In this document: positions 27,252 to 35,001 of the stretch, one piece after another
Layout of the letters: each line of letters starts with the position of its first letter
Numbering within the stretch: the stretch's first letter is position 1
DNA from: a virus
IMG/VR virus record: IMGVR_UViG_2710723508_000002
Location: 1-49,266 of that record
Direction: 5' to 3' (one strand)
DNA length: 49,266 bases
The notes under the pieces: generated by a model
What the model saw: the letters and a program-made list of their open reading frames with translations, nothing else
Told to the model about the DNA's origin: nothing
Database searches by the model: none
Made by a program: the position numbers and the translations under genes

Positions 27252-27545
27252 ATGAAGTTCTACTTCAAAGTCGCCCTGGTTCTAGTCATCATCTTCATGG
27301 TGGTCAAAGCCTGGGCAGTCCCACCCGAAGTGAAGGCCGAAGTCTTGACTGGGAGCCAACAAGTCCACCAGGGCTTGTGCATCTACCAGGCACAAGAAGT
27401 GAAGTGCCAAATCTTCTACCGCGAGTCGGACGAGACTGTTTACCTGGTCTTGTACACCAACGACACGACTGCCATCACACACGTGGTGAAAGTCAAAGAC
27501 AAAGTGGAGACCATTTTATGGATAAATCCATCCTACTCGATGTAA
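27252..27545 (+). CDS. Secreted small protein with a signal peptide, third gene of the plus-strand island.
   Basis: AGGAG lies 7 nt before the ATG. The N-terminus MKFYFKVALVLVIIFMVVKAWA is followed by a mature region with two Cys. Confidence 0.65.
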   Translation: MKFYFKVALVLVIIFMVVKAWAVPPEVKAEVLTGSQQVHQGLCIYQAQEVKCQIFYRESDETVYLVLYTNDTTAITHVVKVKDKVETILWINPSYSM

Positions 27546-27556
27546 ACCGAGCAATC

Positions 27557-27594
27557 AAAAAACCGCTAGCGTAATGCTGGCGGTTCTTCTTTTG
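27557..27594. terminator. Bidirectional rho-independent terminator where plus and minus transcription converge.
   Basis: AAAAAA-CCGCTAGC-gtaat-GCTGGCGG-TTCTTCTTTT. On the minus strand the stem is followed by TTTTTT. Confidence 0.8.
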
Positions 27595-28015
27595 TAGTAA
27601 GTATATGATTTAGGGGTTGAACCTAACACCCCTTGCGGGAGCCACCAGGGCACTTCTCACAACTACTACTTGTGGACGTGACGGGCTCTGCCCCCGTGTC
27701 CAGCAAACTGTCTACAAATAAATTTTGGTGAGAATCCTCAATAGTTGGCTCCAAACAAGTCATTGATACGCAATGACACGACACCTTTACTTTTATGAAA
27801 ACCATTGAGCCTAGGAAAAGGTATATCAAACGCCTTGCTCATGGTCTGACGTTAGGCTGGTACTAGACCGGCGTGGACGTCTTGCACCGTAGCAAAGTAC
27901 GGTGATGGGGTGGATGTTTTTGCAGTTATCGCAACCACACGTTTCGGATGTGTGGACGTTCCGTTCTCTTTATTTGCTTTCAAGGTGCTGTCGAAACTAA
28001 ATGCACGCCCATTTT

Positions 28016-28193
28016 TGGTGCACTGTACGGGACGCTCAACCATTGAGCTTCATGCGTGCACATGGTGGGATTCGAACCCAAAACCTTCCCGCTTGGGCTT
28101 GCTCTACCAACTGAGCTACGAACGGTAACCCCCGCCCGGCTGGATTCGAACCAGCGCGCTCGCCCCGTACAATGCACCACCTACCTCCCACCT
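28016..28193 (-). ncRNA. Structured RNA with two circularly permuted tRNA-like modules closed by a long terminal helix (a tRNA mimic with YrlA/Y-RNA-like topology). It is not a canonical tRNA.
   Basis: The minus strand carries canonical D-arms (GCTCAGTTGGTAGAGC and GCTCAATGGTTGAGC) and T-arms (GCTGGTTCGAATCCAGC and TGGGTTCGAATCCCA). The acceptor and anticodon stem halves pair only in permuted order. Details are given in the finding for this locus. Confidence 0.55.
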
Positions 28194-28198
28194 AAATT

Positions 28199-28227
28199 AT
28201 TATATACCACTTTCTTCTGGACGCTAA
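28199..28227 (-). promoter_or_regulatory. Sigma70-like promoter for the tRNA-mimic RNA.
   Basis: The minus strand reads TTAGCG (28227-28222), a 17-nt spacer, then TATAAT (28204-28199). It sits just after the stop of the upstream CDS. Confidence 0.5.
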
Positions 28228-28234
28228 GGTTTGT

Positions 28235-28663
28235 TCACTGCTTCGCTCCCGAACAATACGGACACTCTACAAACGTAGGTAACCCATGTTCACACTCAGC
28301 CGCTTTGACCGCTACTTGTGGCTTGTAGTCGTCGGTTATAGCCTCAAAGAACTCCTGCAGCCTTCCATCCTTAATCAACCGGGGTACAAAGTTTATATTC
28401 AGGCGATATTTGTAGTACTTACTACCGCTTTTGCTTTTGACCAAGACTCGCTCAAGTAGATCCGGATTCTCTTGAAATATCTCACTGAAACGTGCCGGGG
28501 TCTTCCAGGTGGTAAATACCCATTTGTTTAGTTCTTTTACCAGTACATCTCCAACGTCAACAATGTTTGGTGGGTGGTATTGCTCACGGTTCTTTAAGTG
28601 CTCAGTGAAGAGTATGTAGAACACGGCCATTTCGTGAGTGATTTTTTTGAGGTTTGATTTCAT
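28235..28663 (-). CDS. Hypothetical protein.
   Basis: 142-aa ORF, the last protein gene of the minus-strand transcription series. Confidence 0.6.
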   Translation of the reverse strand: MKSNLKKITHEMAVFYILFTEHLKNREQYHPPNIVDVGDVLVKELNKWVFTTWKTPARFSEIFQENPDLLERVLVKSKSGSKYYKYRLNINFVPRLIKDGRLQEFFEAITDDYKPQVAVKAAECEHGLPTFVECPYCSGAKQ

Positions 28664-28899
28664 ATGACTTTAGTAAACTTAGGGTCATAGACAAAGGAAT
28701 TAAATCCATCATACGTTACAACCAAGACTTTCTTTCTGCCCATACGCCTAACCCCAGTAAGCATCCCGTGTGCACTTTGACCACCATGACTTGAAAGCAC
28801 TAGGGCTTTCCCGTGAGAATCTATGTTTAGAAACCCGTTTTTCATATCAATGAATGTATGGCACCCAATAAAGGGGCGGAATTTTTCTTCAATTGTCAT
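28660..28899 (-). CDS. Hypothetical protein.
   Basis: 79 aa, with an ATGA overlap onto the next gene. Confidence 0.6.
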   Translation of the reverse strand: MTIEEKFRPFIGCHTFIDMKNGFLNIDSHGKALVLSSHGGQSAHGMLTGVRRMGRKKVLVVTYDGFNSFVYDPKFTKVI

Positions 28900-28900
28900 G

Positions 28901-29161
28901 TTACTTAGTTACGTCAAAGTTATCTCGTAAAAACCAACACAGTCCCAATAGATAACGGTCACTCACTGGTTCCCCTTTCTCTAGTCGGACTAGTGTGCTG
29001 TTACAAATCTCAGCTAGTCGGTTGCCTCCTATTGCATCACTGGCAATAGCTTCCCGTATCAAGAGATAGTTCAACCCTTGGCGGGCTTTCCATTGCCTAA
29101 ACCAAGACATTGCTGCTGGTGCTATAGGGTGGTATTCATTTTCTTTTAGTGTTGCTTCCAT
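28901..29161 (-). CDS. Hypothetical protein.
   Basis: 86 aa, tightly packed. Confidence 0.6.
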   Translation of the reverse strand: MEATLKENEYHPIAPAAMSWFRQWKARQGLNYLLIREAIASDAIGGNRLAEICNSTLVRLEKGEPVSDRYLLGLCWFLRDNFDVTK

Positions 29162-29162
29162 A

Positions 29163-29552
29163 CTATTTACTTACCTCAATGTTAAACTTATCTCTGATAG
29201 CATTTCTAAAACCTTTAAACGCCATCCACTGTTTCGTTCCTTTGTCCCCGTCTCTCCCGCACTCTAATTCTAATTCGTCGGCCATGTGGAGTATCTCCTC
29301 CACCATCTCCCTCTGTGCGGTGCGTTCGGCGGTGAGGGTGGTACGGAGCCAGTCCTTTGCAATCTTTTCTGTGTCTGGATTCTCACCCCTCATTTCAGAG
29401 ATAGCCGCCTGAATCATTACTTCGTCAAACGACTTCACTATCTCTTCAACACTCCTCCTCTCTGGGTTATCTTTTGGCATGGGGTCTCCGCATAGATTAC
29501 AGTAGTCTCCTAGTTCACTTCGCATGTGTTCATGTTTATTTTCCATACCCAT
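29163..29552 (-). CDS. Hypothetical protein.
   Basis: 129 aa. Confidence 0.6.
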   Translation of the reverse strand: MGMENKHEHMRSELGDYCNLCGDPMPKDNPERRSVEEIVKSFDEVMIQAAISEMRGENPDTEKIAKDWLRTTLTAERTAQREMVEEILHMADELELECGRDGDKGTKQWMAFKGFRNAIRDKFNIEVSK

Positions 29553-29737
29553 TATTCACTTACCTCGCTAGTAATATTTGTTCTCAGCCAGTCGATTTGT
29601 TTTTGAGCTTCTTCAATAGTAGAGACGGAGTAGGGTGTCGCCTGTACCCAAAACGGCCAGAACCAACTCCATTTTTGAACTATGTAGTCTGATTGATGAT
29701 ACCATTTTGTGGCTGCGACGATTCTGTATTTTGTCAT
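29552..29737 (-). CDS. Hypothetical Trp-rich small protein.
   Basis: 61 aa. Confidence 0.5.
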   Translation of the reverse strand: MTKYRIVAATKWYHQSDYIVQKWSWFWPFWVQATPYSVSTIEEAQKQIDWLRTNITSEVSE

Positions 29738-29740
29738 ATC

Positions 29741-30172
29741 CTATTCACTTACCTCTTCTCCTAATAATTCCAAGAAGGCTTTTGCATCAGCTTCGGTCGC
29801 TGGGGCACCTGTAGTGAGGTTGAACTTTAAATATTCAAACTCAATGCCATCAACATTTTTTCTGAGATTTACTTCCCAGACATCATCTTCAATACGGAAG
29901 GTGATATCTCGAAAATTATGTAAATCAGCCAACACACGGAGGTAATGTTGAAGTTGTGGGGGTTTGCCGAGTATTACAAACTGTTCGGCTGGTGCTAAAT
30001 ACACCTGCATTTTGTCGTAGTTAAGATAAGCGACCTGCTCATATGCTTCACCAACAACAACACCCTCCCACAGTTCACTTTTCGTTACTCGACATCCAAA
30101 CCCCAACTCCATCAACTCCTTGTTAACTTCATGATGCCTAACTAGATAGTCGGCGCGGTGTAGGTAGGTCAT
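29741..30172 (-). CDS. Hypothetical protein.
   Basis: 143 aa. Confidence 0.6.
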   Translation of the reverse strand: MTYLHRADYLVRHHEVNKELMELGFGCRVTKSELWEGVVVGEAYEQVAYLNYDKMQVYLAPAEQFVILGKPPQLQHYLRVLADLHNFRDITFRIEDDVWEVNLRKNVDGIEFEYLKFNLTTGAPATEADAKAFLELLGEEVSE

Positions 30173-30181
30173 AAATCTAAA

Positions 30182-30526
30182 TTAAACGGCTAAGTCCTCT
30201 GAGGGGCTTGGTTGGGGAGGGGTGTCTTCGGATAATACAGTTTCCTTATTATCTTTTGGTAGCACAAAAGATTCTATGACAAATGTTTCTAATGCTTCAT
30301 GACTCATTCCAGCTTCCTTACCCGCTTTAAATCGTGCTTGTATGGATTTAATAGCAAACGCACATATCTTACCCCTCTCCGCCTTCCTCCCAGCCTCATA
30401 AGCTAGTTCCATTGAGGTGGCGATAAGAGCGTTAACGTCTTCTCGGTGCATTACAAACCCCGTACCATCATCAATGTTGTTTTTGGCAAACTCTTTTTGT
30501 TGCTCCTCTATTAGTTTTGAAAGCAT
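30182..30526 (-). CDS. Hypothetical protein.
   Basis: 114 aa. Confidence 0.6.
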   Translation of the reverse strand: MLSKLIEEQQKEFAKNNIDDGTGFVMHREDVNALIATSMELAYEAGRKAERGKICAFAIKSIQARFKAGKEAGMSHEALETFVIESFVLPKDNKETVLSEDTPPQPSPSEDLAV

Positions 30527-30528
30527 GG

Positions 30529-30777
30529 TTATTCCAACTGCGACTTAGTGGCTAATTCAACAAACTTTAGTACCGTTTCCACATCCGTCTCCCCCTCGCT
30601 TTGACTCACTACGTTAGATGCGATTGCCCCGCATAGTGCCATGAGCACGTATGGACGGATTTCGTCTACGGCCGCTTGATCAAAAATGGCTTGTGCCATG
30701 TCGTCAACGAAAGCAAGTTCATCGTCTGTGAGTTTGGTAGCTGCTTCAATTTCTTCTGCGGTGTGTTTTCTTCCCAT
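30529..30777 (-). CDS. Hypothetical acidic protein.
   Basis: 82 aa. Confidence 0.6.
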   Translation of the reverse strand: MGRKHTAEEIEAATKLTDDELAFVDDMAQAIFDQAAVDEIRPYVLMALCGAIASNVVSQSEGETDVETVLKFVELATKSQLE

Positions 30778-30786
30778 AGTTTTTAA

Positions 30787-31311
30787 CTATTCTTGGATTA
30801 GTAATTTTTCTGCACCTTCCTTCAAAAGTCCCCCGTCCTTTAGGTTCTTAATGATTCCGGCCGCAAACTGCATATCGTATCGTTGTTGCAGTGTTTTTTG
30901 CATTTGCTCAATCTGCTCTTTGATACCTCTGTCGATTCGCTCCATAAAAGTACGGTTGTTTGTGACAGCTAGTTCGAACCTTTCTTGGACATAAGCATCT
31001 ACTTTGAAAGTCTTGCCATTTTTATCTGTAAAAATACCCCGCTCAATTGATTTTATGATTCTTTCACTAATTTTGGCTTCAAATTGGTCATTAAACTTTG
31101 CAATTGTTTCTTCCTTCAATTTCTTGGTAATTTCTGGGGTAAAACCTTTGATAATATGCTCAATTACTCGGCTTTGAATCTCACTTTTTAACACAGAGTT
31201 GAAATCTCCATCCTTATTTGGCTCACTGCACCCAGTCTCGTAGTCATACCCACCGTATTCGGTATAAAGGTCTTTCAGGTCAATGACTATTTGTAAATTT
31301 TTTGTCTCCAT
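30787..31311 (-). CDS. Hypothetical protein.
   Basis: 174 aa. Confidence 0.6.
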   Translation of the reverse strand: METKNLQIVIDLKDLYTEYGGYDYETGCSEPNKDGDFNSVLKSEIQSRVIEHIIKGFTPEITKKLKEETIAKFNDQFEAKISERIIKSIERGIFTDKNGKTFKVDAYVQERFELAVTNNRTFMERIDRGIKEQIEQMQKTLQQRYDMQFAAGIIKNLKDGGLLKEGAEKLLIQE

Positions 31312-31441
31312 ACTATTTTTTAGAATTAAGATACTCTATTGATAATCGTTTCCACTCACTAGCGACCGGTTGCCATAAATCTCTGTTTTCGTTAAAGAAA
31401 TTCATCCAGTCTTTGTTTTTCCAGTTGAGTGTTTCCACAAA

Positions 31442-31831
31442 TTATTTTAAGTGGTGTCGCACAGTACTTCGAGTAATCTGCAACTTACGAGCTATTAATA
31501 CTTCTGGGAATCCGTCGGTGTACATGGACTTGCACATCTCCTTAATTTCCTCTATCGTCGCGCCCTTTCGGTTCTTAGGCAGTACATCGAAGAGGATTTG
31601 GTACTTGTGAGTCCACAGAATCTCATTACGGGCTTCTTGTAGTGACTTTAGTATCATTCTATGGTTTCCCCCTTTTACGCGTCGTAGCGAGTCGTATAGA
31701 GCCGCACGCGTGATTTTGAACTGCTTGGCGACATCGGTAATCTTCTTCTTGGCGTTTTTGGCCTCAACGTACGCCCGGTAGATTTGGGCGTCCTTTTCGA
31801 GACGGCGGCTGGTTATTGTAGTAACGCTCAT
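31442..31831 (-). CDS. Helix-turn-helix DNA-binding protein.
   Basis: Two HTH-like segments: KQFKITRAALYDSLRRVK and ARKLQITRSTVRHHLK. Confidence 0.6.
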   Translation of the reverse strand: MSVTTITSRRLEKDAQIYRAYVEAKNAKKKITDVAKQFKITRAALYDSLRRVKGGNHRMILKSLQEARNEILWTHKYQILFDVLPKNRKGATIEEIKEMCKSMYTDGFPEVLIARKLQITRSTVRHHLK

Positions 31832-32376
31832 TTTGATTTTGAATTAAGTTTTTGGTTAATGGTTTCTGCGCTTGGCATTGCGTCGTGTTCAAGTCCTAGA
31901 TAGTCGAGCCAATCCCAATAGTGATTCCATTGCGTATCCATTGAGTAAGTATCTCGCCAAAGTAGGTACAGCTTCTCGTTTGGTACCGGCGCTCCGTTCT
32001 CTTGCGCCCAAGCTGTGTATTTATCGAGTACCTCGGCTTGCTGCTTCTTCCAGGACAGTAGGGACTTCTCCGGGGTACCGTCTCGCTTTTTGACAATTTC
32101 GTACCAGAAGTCTGCTTTGAATAGATCGCGCACCTTGTCTTCGTTTGGCACTCTGGGGTCGATACCGTACTGCCAGTAGCAGTAGACCGGCACGACAGCT
32201 CCTTCTAAGTACCCGCGCTGACTCTTTGAGCTTCGGACTCGTGGGTTTAGCTCGAACCACCTTACCCCTTGGTTGCGTACCATTTCTTTGATAACAAGCT
32301 TGTTGTATTCACTTGGAACAGTAAGCTTAAAGCTGTCGTTGAATGGTTCAGCTTGGAGTAGGATTTTTCGAGCCAT
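31828..32376 (-). CDS. Hypothetical protein.
   Basis: 182 aa, Trp/Tyr-rich. Its stop shares a 4-nt overlap with the start of the downstream gene (31442-31831). Confidence 0.6.
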   Translation of the reverse strand: MARKILLQAEPFNDSFKLTVPSEYNKLVIKEMVRNQGVRWFELNPRVRSSKSQRGYLEGAVVPVYCYWQYGIDPRVPNEDKVRDLFKADFWYEIVKKRDGTPEKSLLSWKKQQAEVLDKYTAWAQENGAPVPNEKLYLLWRDTYSMDTQWNHYWDWLDYLGLEHDAMPSAETINQKLNSKSK

Positions 32377-32379
32377 AGG

Positions 32380-32514
32380 TTATTTTAATAATTTAATTGT
32401 AATAAATAGAATACTCACCCACGCTAGTTTTTTATTGTGTGTGCCATACATAAACAACCAGCCCATGCCCTCCCACCAATAGCTTCGATAGTAGATTTTG
32501 AACGTTCTTTTCAT
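32380..32514 (-). CDS. Possible 44-aa membrane micro-protein.
   Basis: MKRTFKIYYRSYWWEGMGWLFMYG...SILFITIKLLK. The ATG lies 1 nt after the upstream stop and the ORF ends 3 nt before the next ATG. Confidence 0.4.
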   Translation of the reverse strand: MKRTFKIYYRSYWWEGMGWLFMYGTHNKKLAWVSILFITIKLLK

Positions 32515-32515
32515 G

Positions 32516-33703
32516 CTACTTTACAAACTTAGACTTTAACTCATAAAGTTCGATTACATTGCCGTTGTCTTTGAAATAGTACAAATATGCACGCTCCGGA
32601 GTCCAATTACATGAAGTAAGCCAAGCCTGGTATCTCTCGTTAGCTTCATTCTCAAGTCGCTTCTTTTCTTCTGCGCGCTTGTCGGCCAGGGTATTAATTG
32701 CAGTCTTGATCGAAACAATCTTTTCAGCCCAAGCGACGTCGCTGAGAGTTTTGACTTCTTCGCCAGATACTGCAAAATCTGCGTTTTTAAAGCTCTGTGT
32801 ATCAACGTCAGGCATCAATCCCATGGCCATAACCTCTCGCTTTCGGTTGTTGACTTTCTCTTCGTTTTCGCGCTTGATACGAGCGTCTTCTGCACGGCGG
32901 TTCATTTCGGCCTGGATTGAACTGATTTTCTGTGACCAAATAGTGTCATCGTCACCTTTAAGTTCAAAAGTTGATACCTGTAATTCATCTTTGTGCCATG
33001 AGTCTGAATCTAGGCTGAATTTAAACCCGAGCATTGTTAGGTTATTGATTCGACCCTTTTCTTTTTCTTCTTTACGAGCGATTTCTTCACGTTCCCGGGC
33101 GTTTTTCTCGTCTTCGAGTCTCTTTGCCTCTTTCTCCTGCTCTTCTCGCTTACGGTCAATTTCAGCTTGCTGGCGAGCAATCTCGGCTCGGTCGGCTTCC
33201 AGCTTTTCAGAGTTCATTCGGTTAATCAGCCCCTCAAAGGTAGCCCCGTCCATTTCGAGTAGTTCTTCTTCGGTAACGCCGAGATTGCTCCCCTCCCCCC
33301 AAATAGCTTTCAAGCGTTCAATACGCTGTGGCAATAGTGCCGTTCGTTCCTCACGCTCCTTAGCTTTCTTGGCCACCTCTATCATTTCGTCCAGTCTCTT
33401 TTCTTCTCCAACAAAAATGTCGTAGAGCATCTCCTCTATTTCACTTACACCCTCAGCTGCTTTCTTAATCTCGCGACGAGCATCAAGACAGTAGTTCTTG
33501 ATGTAGTTACGCCTGGAAACCATTTCCCTCTTTACCTCTTTGAGTTGTGGGTCATCTGCAGATTCAATGGCTTTGGCTCGGTCGGCGAGCTTGTTTAGCT
33601 CTTGCACTTTGAACTCTAGTGCGAGTCCAGATGTGGTTTCGAGTGAAGCCACCCGGTCTACGATAGTAATTTCTTTTGCTTCTTGGTTGTTTTCTTGTGA
33701 CAT
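32516..33703 (-). CDS. Long coiled-coil protein of the recombination module, possibly DUF1351-like.
   Basis: ATG at 33703 (MSQENNQEAK). Extended E/K/R heptad regions and two similar C-terminal subdomains. The family assignment is a guess based on context next to ERF. Confidence 0.55.
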   Translation of the reverse strand: MSQENNQEAKEITIVDRVASLETTSGLALEFKVQELNKLADRAKAIESADDPQLKEVKREMVSRRNYIKNYCLDARREIKKAAEGVSEIEEMLYDIFVGEEKRLDEMIEVAKKAKEREERTALLPQRIERLKAIWGEGSNLGVTEEELLEMDGATFEGLINRMNSEKLEADRAEIARQQAEIDRKREEQEKEAKRLEDEKNAREREEIARKEEKEKGRINNLTMLGFKFSLDSDSWHKDELQVSTFELKGDDDTIWSQKISSIQAEMNRRAEDARIKRENEEKVNNRKREVMAMGLMPDVDTQSFKNADFAVSGEEVKTLSDVAWAEKIVSIKTAINTLADKRAEEKKRLENEANERYQAWLTSCNWTPERAYLYYFKDNGNVIELYELKSKFVK

Positions 33704-33713
33704 AATTTTTAAT

Positions 33714-33899
33714 TTATACAACTTTACCGTTAGATAGTCCTACTATTGTGTTGTGCTCTAGTTGATAAGCTACTTCTTCTTTCAATACTTCGGTGAACCT
33801 CGTTACATTATTAAGCGTCCTGCCTTTACTCAGGAAATCTTTCACGACTTCCTTTGCTTCGGCTTTTAGCTTTTGCTCCATAATTTCTGAAAGGTTCAT
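33714..33899 (-). CDS. Hypothetical protein.
   Basis: 61 aa. Confidence 0.5.
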   Translation of the reverse strand: MNLSEIMEQKLKAEAKEVVKDFLSKGRTLNNVTRFTEVLKEEVAYQLEHNTIVGLSNGKVV

Positions 33900-33903
33900 A
33901 TCT

Positions 33904-34155
33904 TTATGATTTGTCGAGTAATTGGTCTAGCTCCCTCTCCACTACGTGCCGGTGGTATTTAGCCGGCTTTCCTTCTTGCATCACTGCTACAGTGCTTTTG
34001 CGCGTGAGCCAGATGTCTACTTTGGTTTTACCTCTGGTCAGGCGCAATTTTCTTTGTTCTGGTTCCCAAGAGTAGACGTTCCACCCCAGGTCATAGGCTT
34101 GAAGTTTGATTTTCTCCAAGCTCATGTCTTTGATAGCTAGGTCAGTTTCAAACAT
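33904..34155 (-). CDS. Hypothetical protein.
   Basis: 83 aa. Confidence 0.55.
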   Translation of the reverse strand: MFETDLAIKDMSLEKIKLQAYDLGWNVYSWEPEQRKLRLTRGKTKVDIWLTRKSTVAVMQEGKPAKYHRHVVERELDQLLDKS

Positions 34156-34157
34156 GG

Positions 34158-34352
34158 TTAATCTTTTGTGAGAGTGTCAATGACGTGACTGACACAATCC
34201 TTAATAAATATCTCCTTCGTTTCTACAACTTGCTCTAAGTCCTTCCGTGGCGTGTGGTGGCTTCTTAGAGATTCCCCGGTTCCAAACTTACGAGTCCCTT
34301 TAATTGTTAGACCTTCGTAGTTTTCAACAACTTCAATGATTATGTGCAGCAT
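34158..34352 (-). CDS. Hypothetical protein.
   Basis: ATG at 34352, 1 nt after the exonuclease stop. The track start at 34403 would overlap the exonuclease gene by 50 nt. Confidence 0.5.
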   Translation of the reverse strand: MLHIIIEVVENYEGLTIKGTRKFGTGESLRSHHTPRKDLEQVVETKEIFIKDCVSHVIDTLTKD

Positions 34353-34353
34353 G

Positions 34354-35001
34354 TTAGAAGAGATTTCCGGTGAGCTTAATAATGGTCGCTTCAATTGTGG
34401 CAAGCATATTCTGCTGCTGCGCTAGGTACGTCTTGACCTTCTCCTCTACGTCAGCTCGTTCGATTACTAGGTAGAAGAAACTATGGACTGACATTCGTGG
34501 GTCGTACATCACAAAGTAGAGACGCTCAAGTTTTTCATTGACAGTAAAGTATTGGATAACCTGGTCGTCGTAGTCGTCCGGGATTTCTTTTGTAATAAAC
34601 GCTTTGATGTGGTCAGCTGAGTTTAGACACTTCACTTCAACGGCTTCTCGGGTTCCTATTGATCCAATCACTACCGCCTCGGCTTCGTCTTCGGTGAATC
34701 CATCCGGAGAGACTGCGATTCGTGAGTTATCGTCGCGCTCCCAAATGACTAGGTCGGTATTAATCTTTTTGCCAGTTTCTTCAACAAACAGTGCAATTGC
34801 TTCTGACTCAAGGCGAGTCCCTCTGTCCATCGGCAATTCTGGGTCTTCTGGTACTGATAGACGTTCGGCAATGATTTCGTAGTACCCCTTCTTCATCTCA
34901 CTACCGCGCTTCACAATCAAATTCTTCAATCGTGAGCCTGTGATTCGTCCGCGCCGTGCATCGAGCCAGTCGGCTCGGTCTTCGAATTTAGTGGTTATCA
35001 T
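34354..35001 (-). CDS. YqaJ-type (lambda-exonuclease-like, PD-(D/E)xK) recombination exonuclease.
   Basis: N-terminal RADWLDARRGRITGSRLKNL and the catalytic-like AVEVKCL. Confidence 0.8.
   Translation of the reverse strand: MITTKFEDRADWLDARRGRITGSRLKNLIVKRGSEMKKGYYEIIAERLSVPEDPELPMDRGTRLESEAIALFVEETGKKINTDLVIWERDDNSRIAVSPDGFTEDEAEAVVIGSIGTREAVEVKCLNSADHIKAFITKEIPDDYDDQVIQYFTVNEKLERLYFVMYDPRMSVHSFFYLVIERADVEEKVKTYLAQQQNMLATIEATIIKLTGNLF

Noticed and set aside
27623-28043. ORFs 27623-27829 (68 aa, Cys-rich) and 27852-28043 (63 aa) as protein genes.
   Set aside because: They have weak or non-ATG starts. They overlap strong RNA hairpins and tRNA-derived segments, and the second overlaps the 3' part of the tRNA-mimic RNA itself. 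I kept them as a possibility only. A small zinc-ribbon peptide starting at the internal ATG near 27805 cannot be excluded.
28132-28155. The T-arm plus acceptor 3' fragments could be an attP core that matches the 3' end of a host tRNA gene.
   Set aside because: No integrase, excisionase or repressor candidate is recognisable anywhere in the genome. The fragments are also accompanied by matching 5' halves and D-arms, which an attP core would not need.
28028-28165. Two or three ordinary tRNA genes on the minus strand, suggested by perfect GCTCAGTTGGTAGAGC / GGTTCGAATCC-type arms.
   Set aside because: In linear order the acceptor halves do not pair (CCGTTCG with CATGTGC). Only 19 nt separate a D-arm from the next T-arm, which leaves no room for a 17-nt anticodon arm plus a variable loop. 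Consistent helices appear only in the permuted arrangement, so I did not call them as tRNA features.
31313-31441. An in-frame continuation after the TAA of the HTH gene (31442-31831), about 42 further codons to TAG. It could be stop-codon read-through or a separate GTG- or ATG-initiated micro-ORF.
   Set aside because: There is no read-through context or supporting signal, and nothing else in the genome suggests stop reassignment, since all large genes are intact under the standard code. The in-frame arrangement could be coincidental.
32679-33425. Long plus-strand ORFs antisense to minus-strand genes (for example 32679-33425, 21458-22108, 47575-48093, 46000-46599, 11963-12454 and 7459-7944).
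   Set aside because: They are Ser/Leu/Phe-rich shadow ORFs opposite well-supported genes (terL, the coiled-coil protein and the giant ORF). They have no start context or ribosome-binding site and no recognisable motifs.
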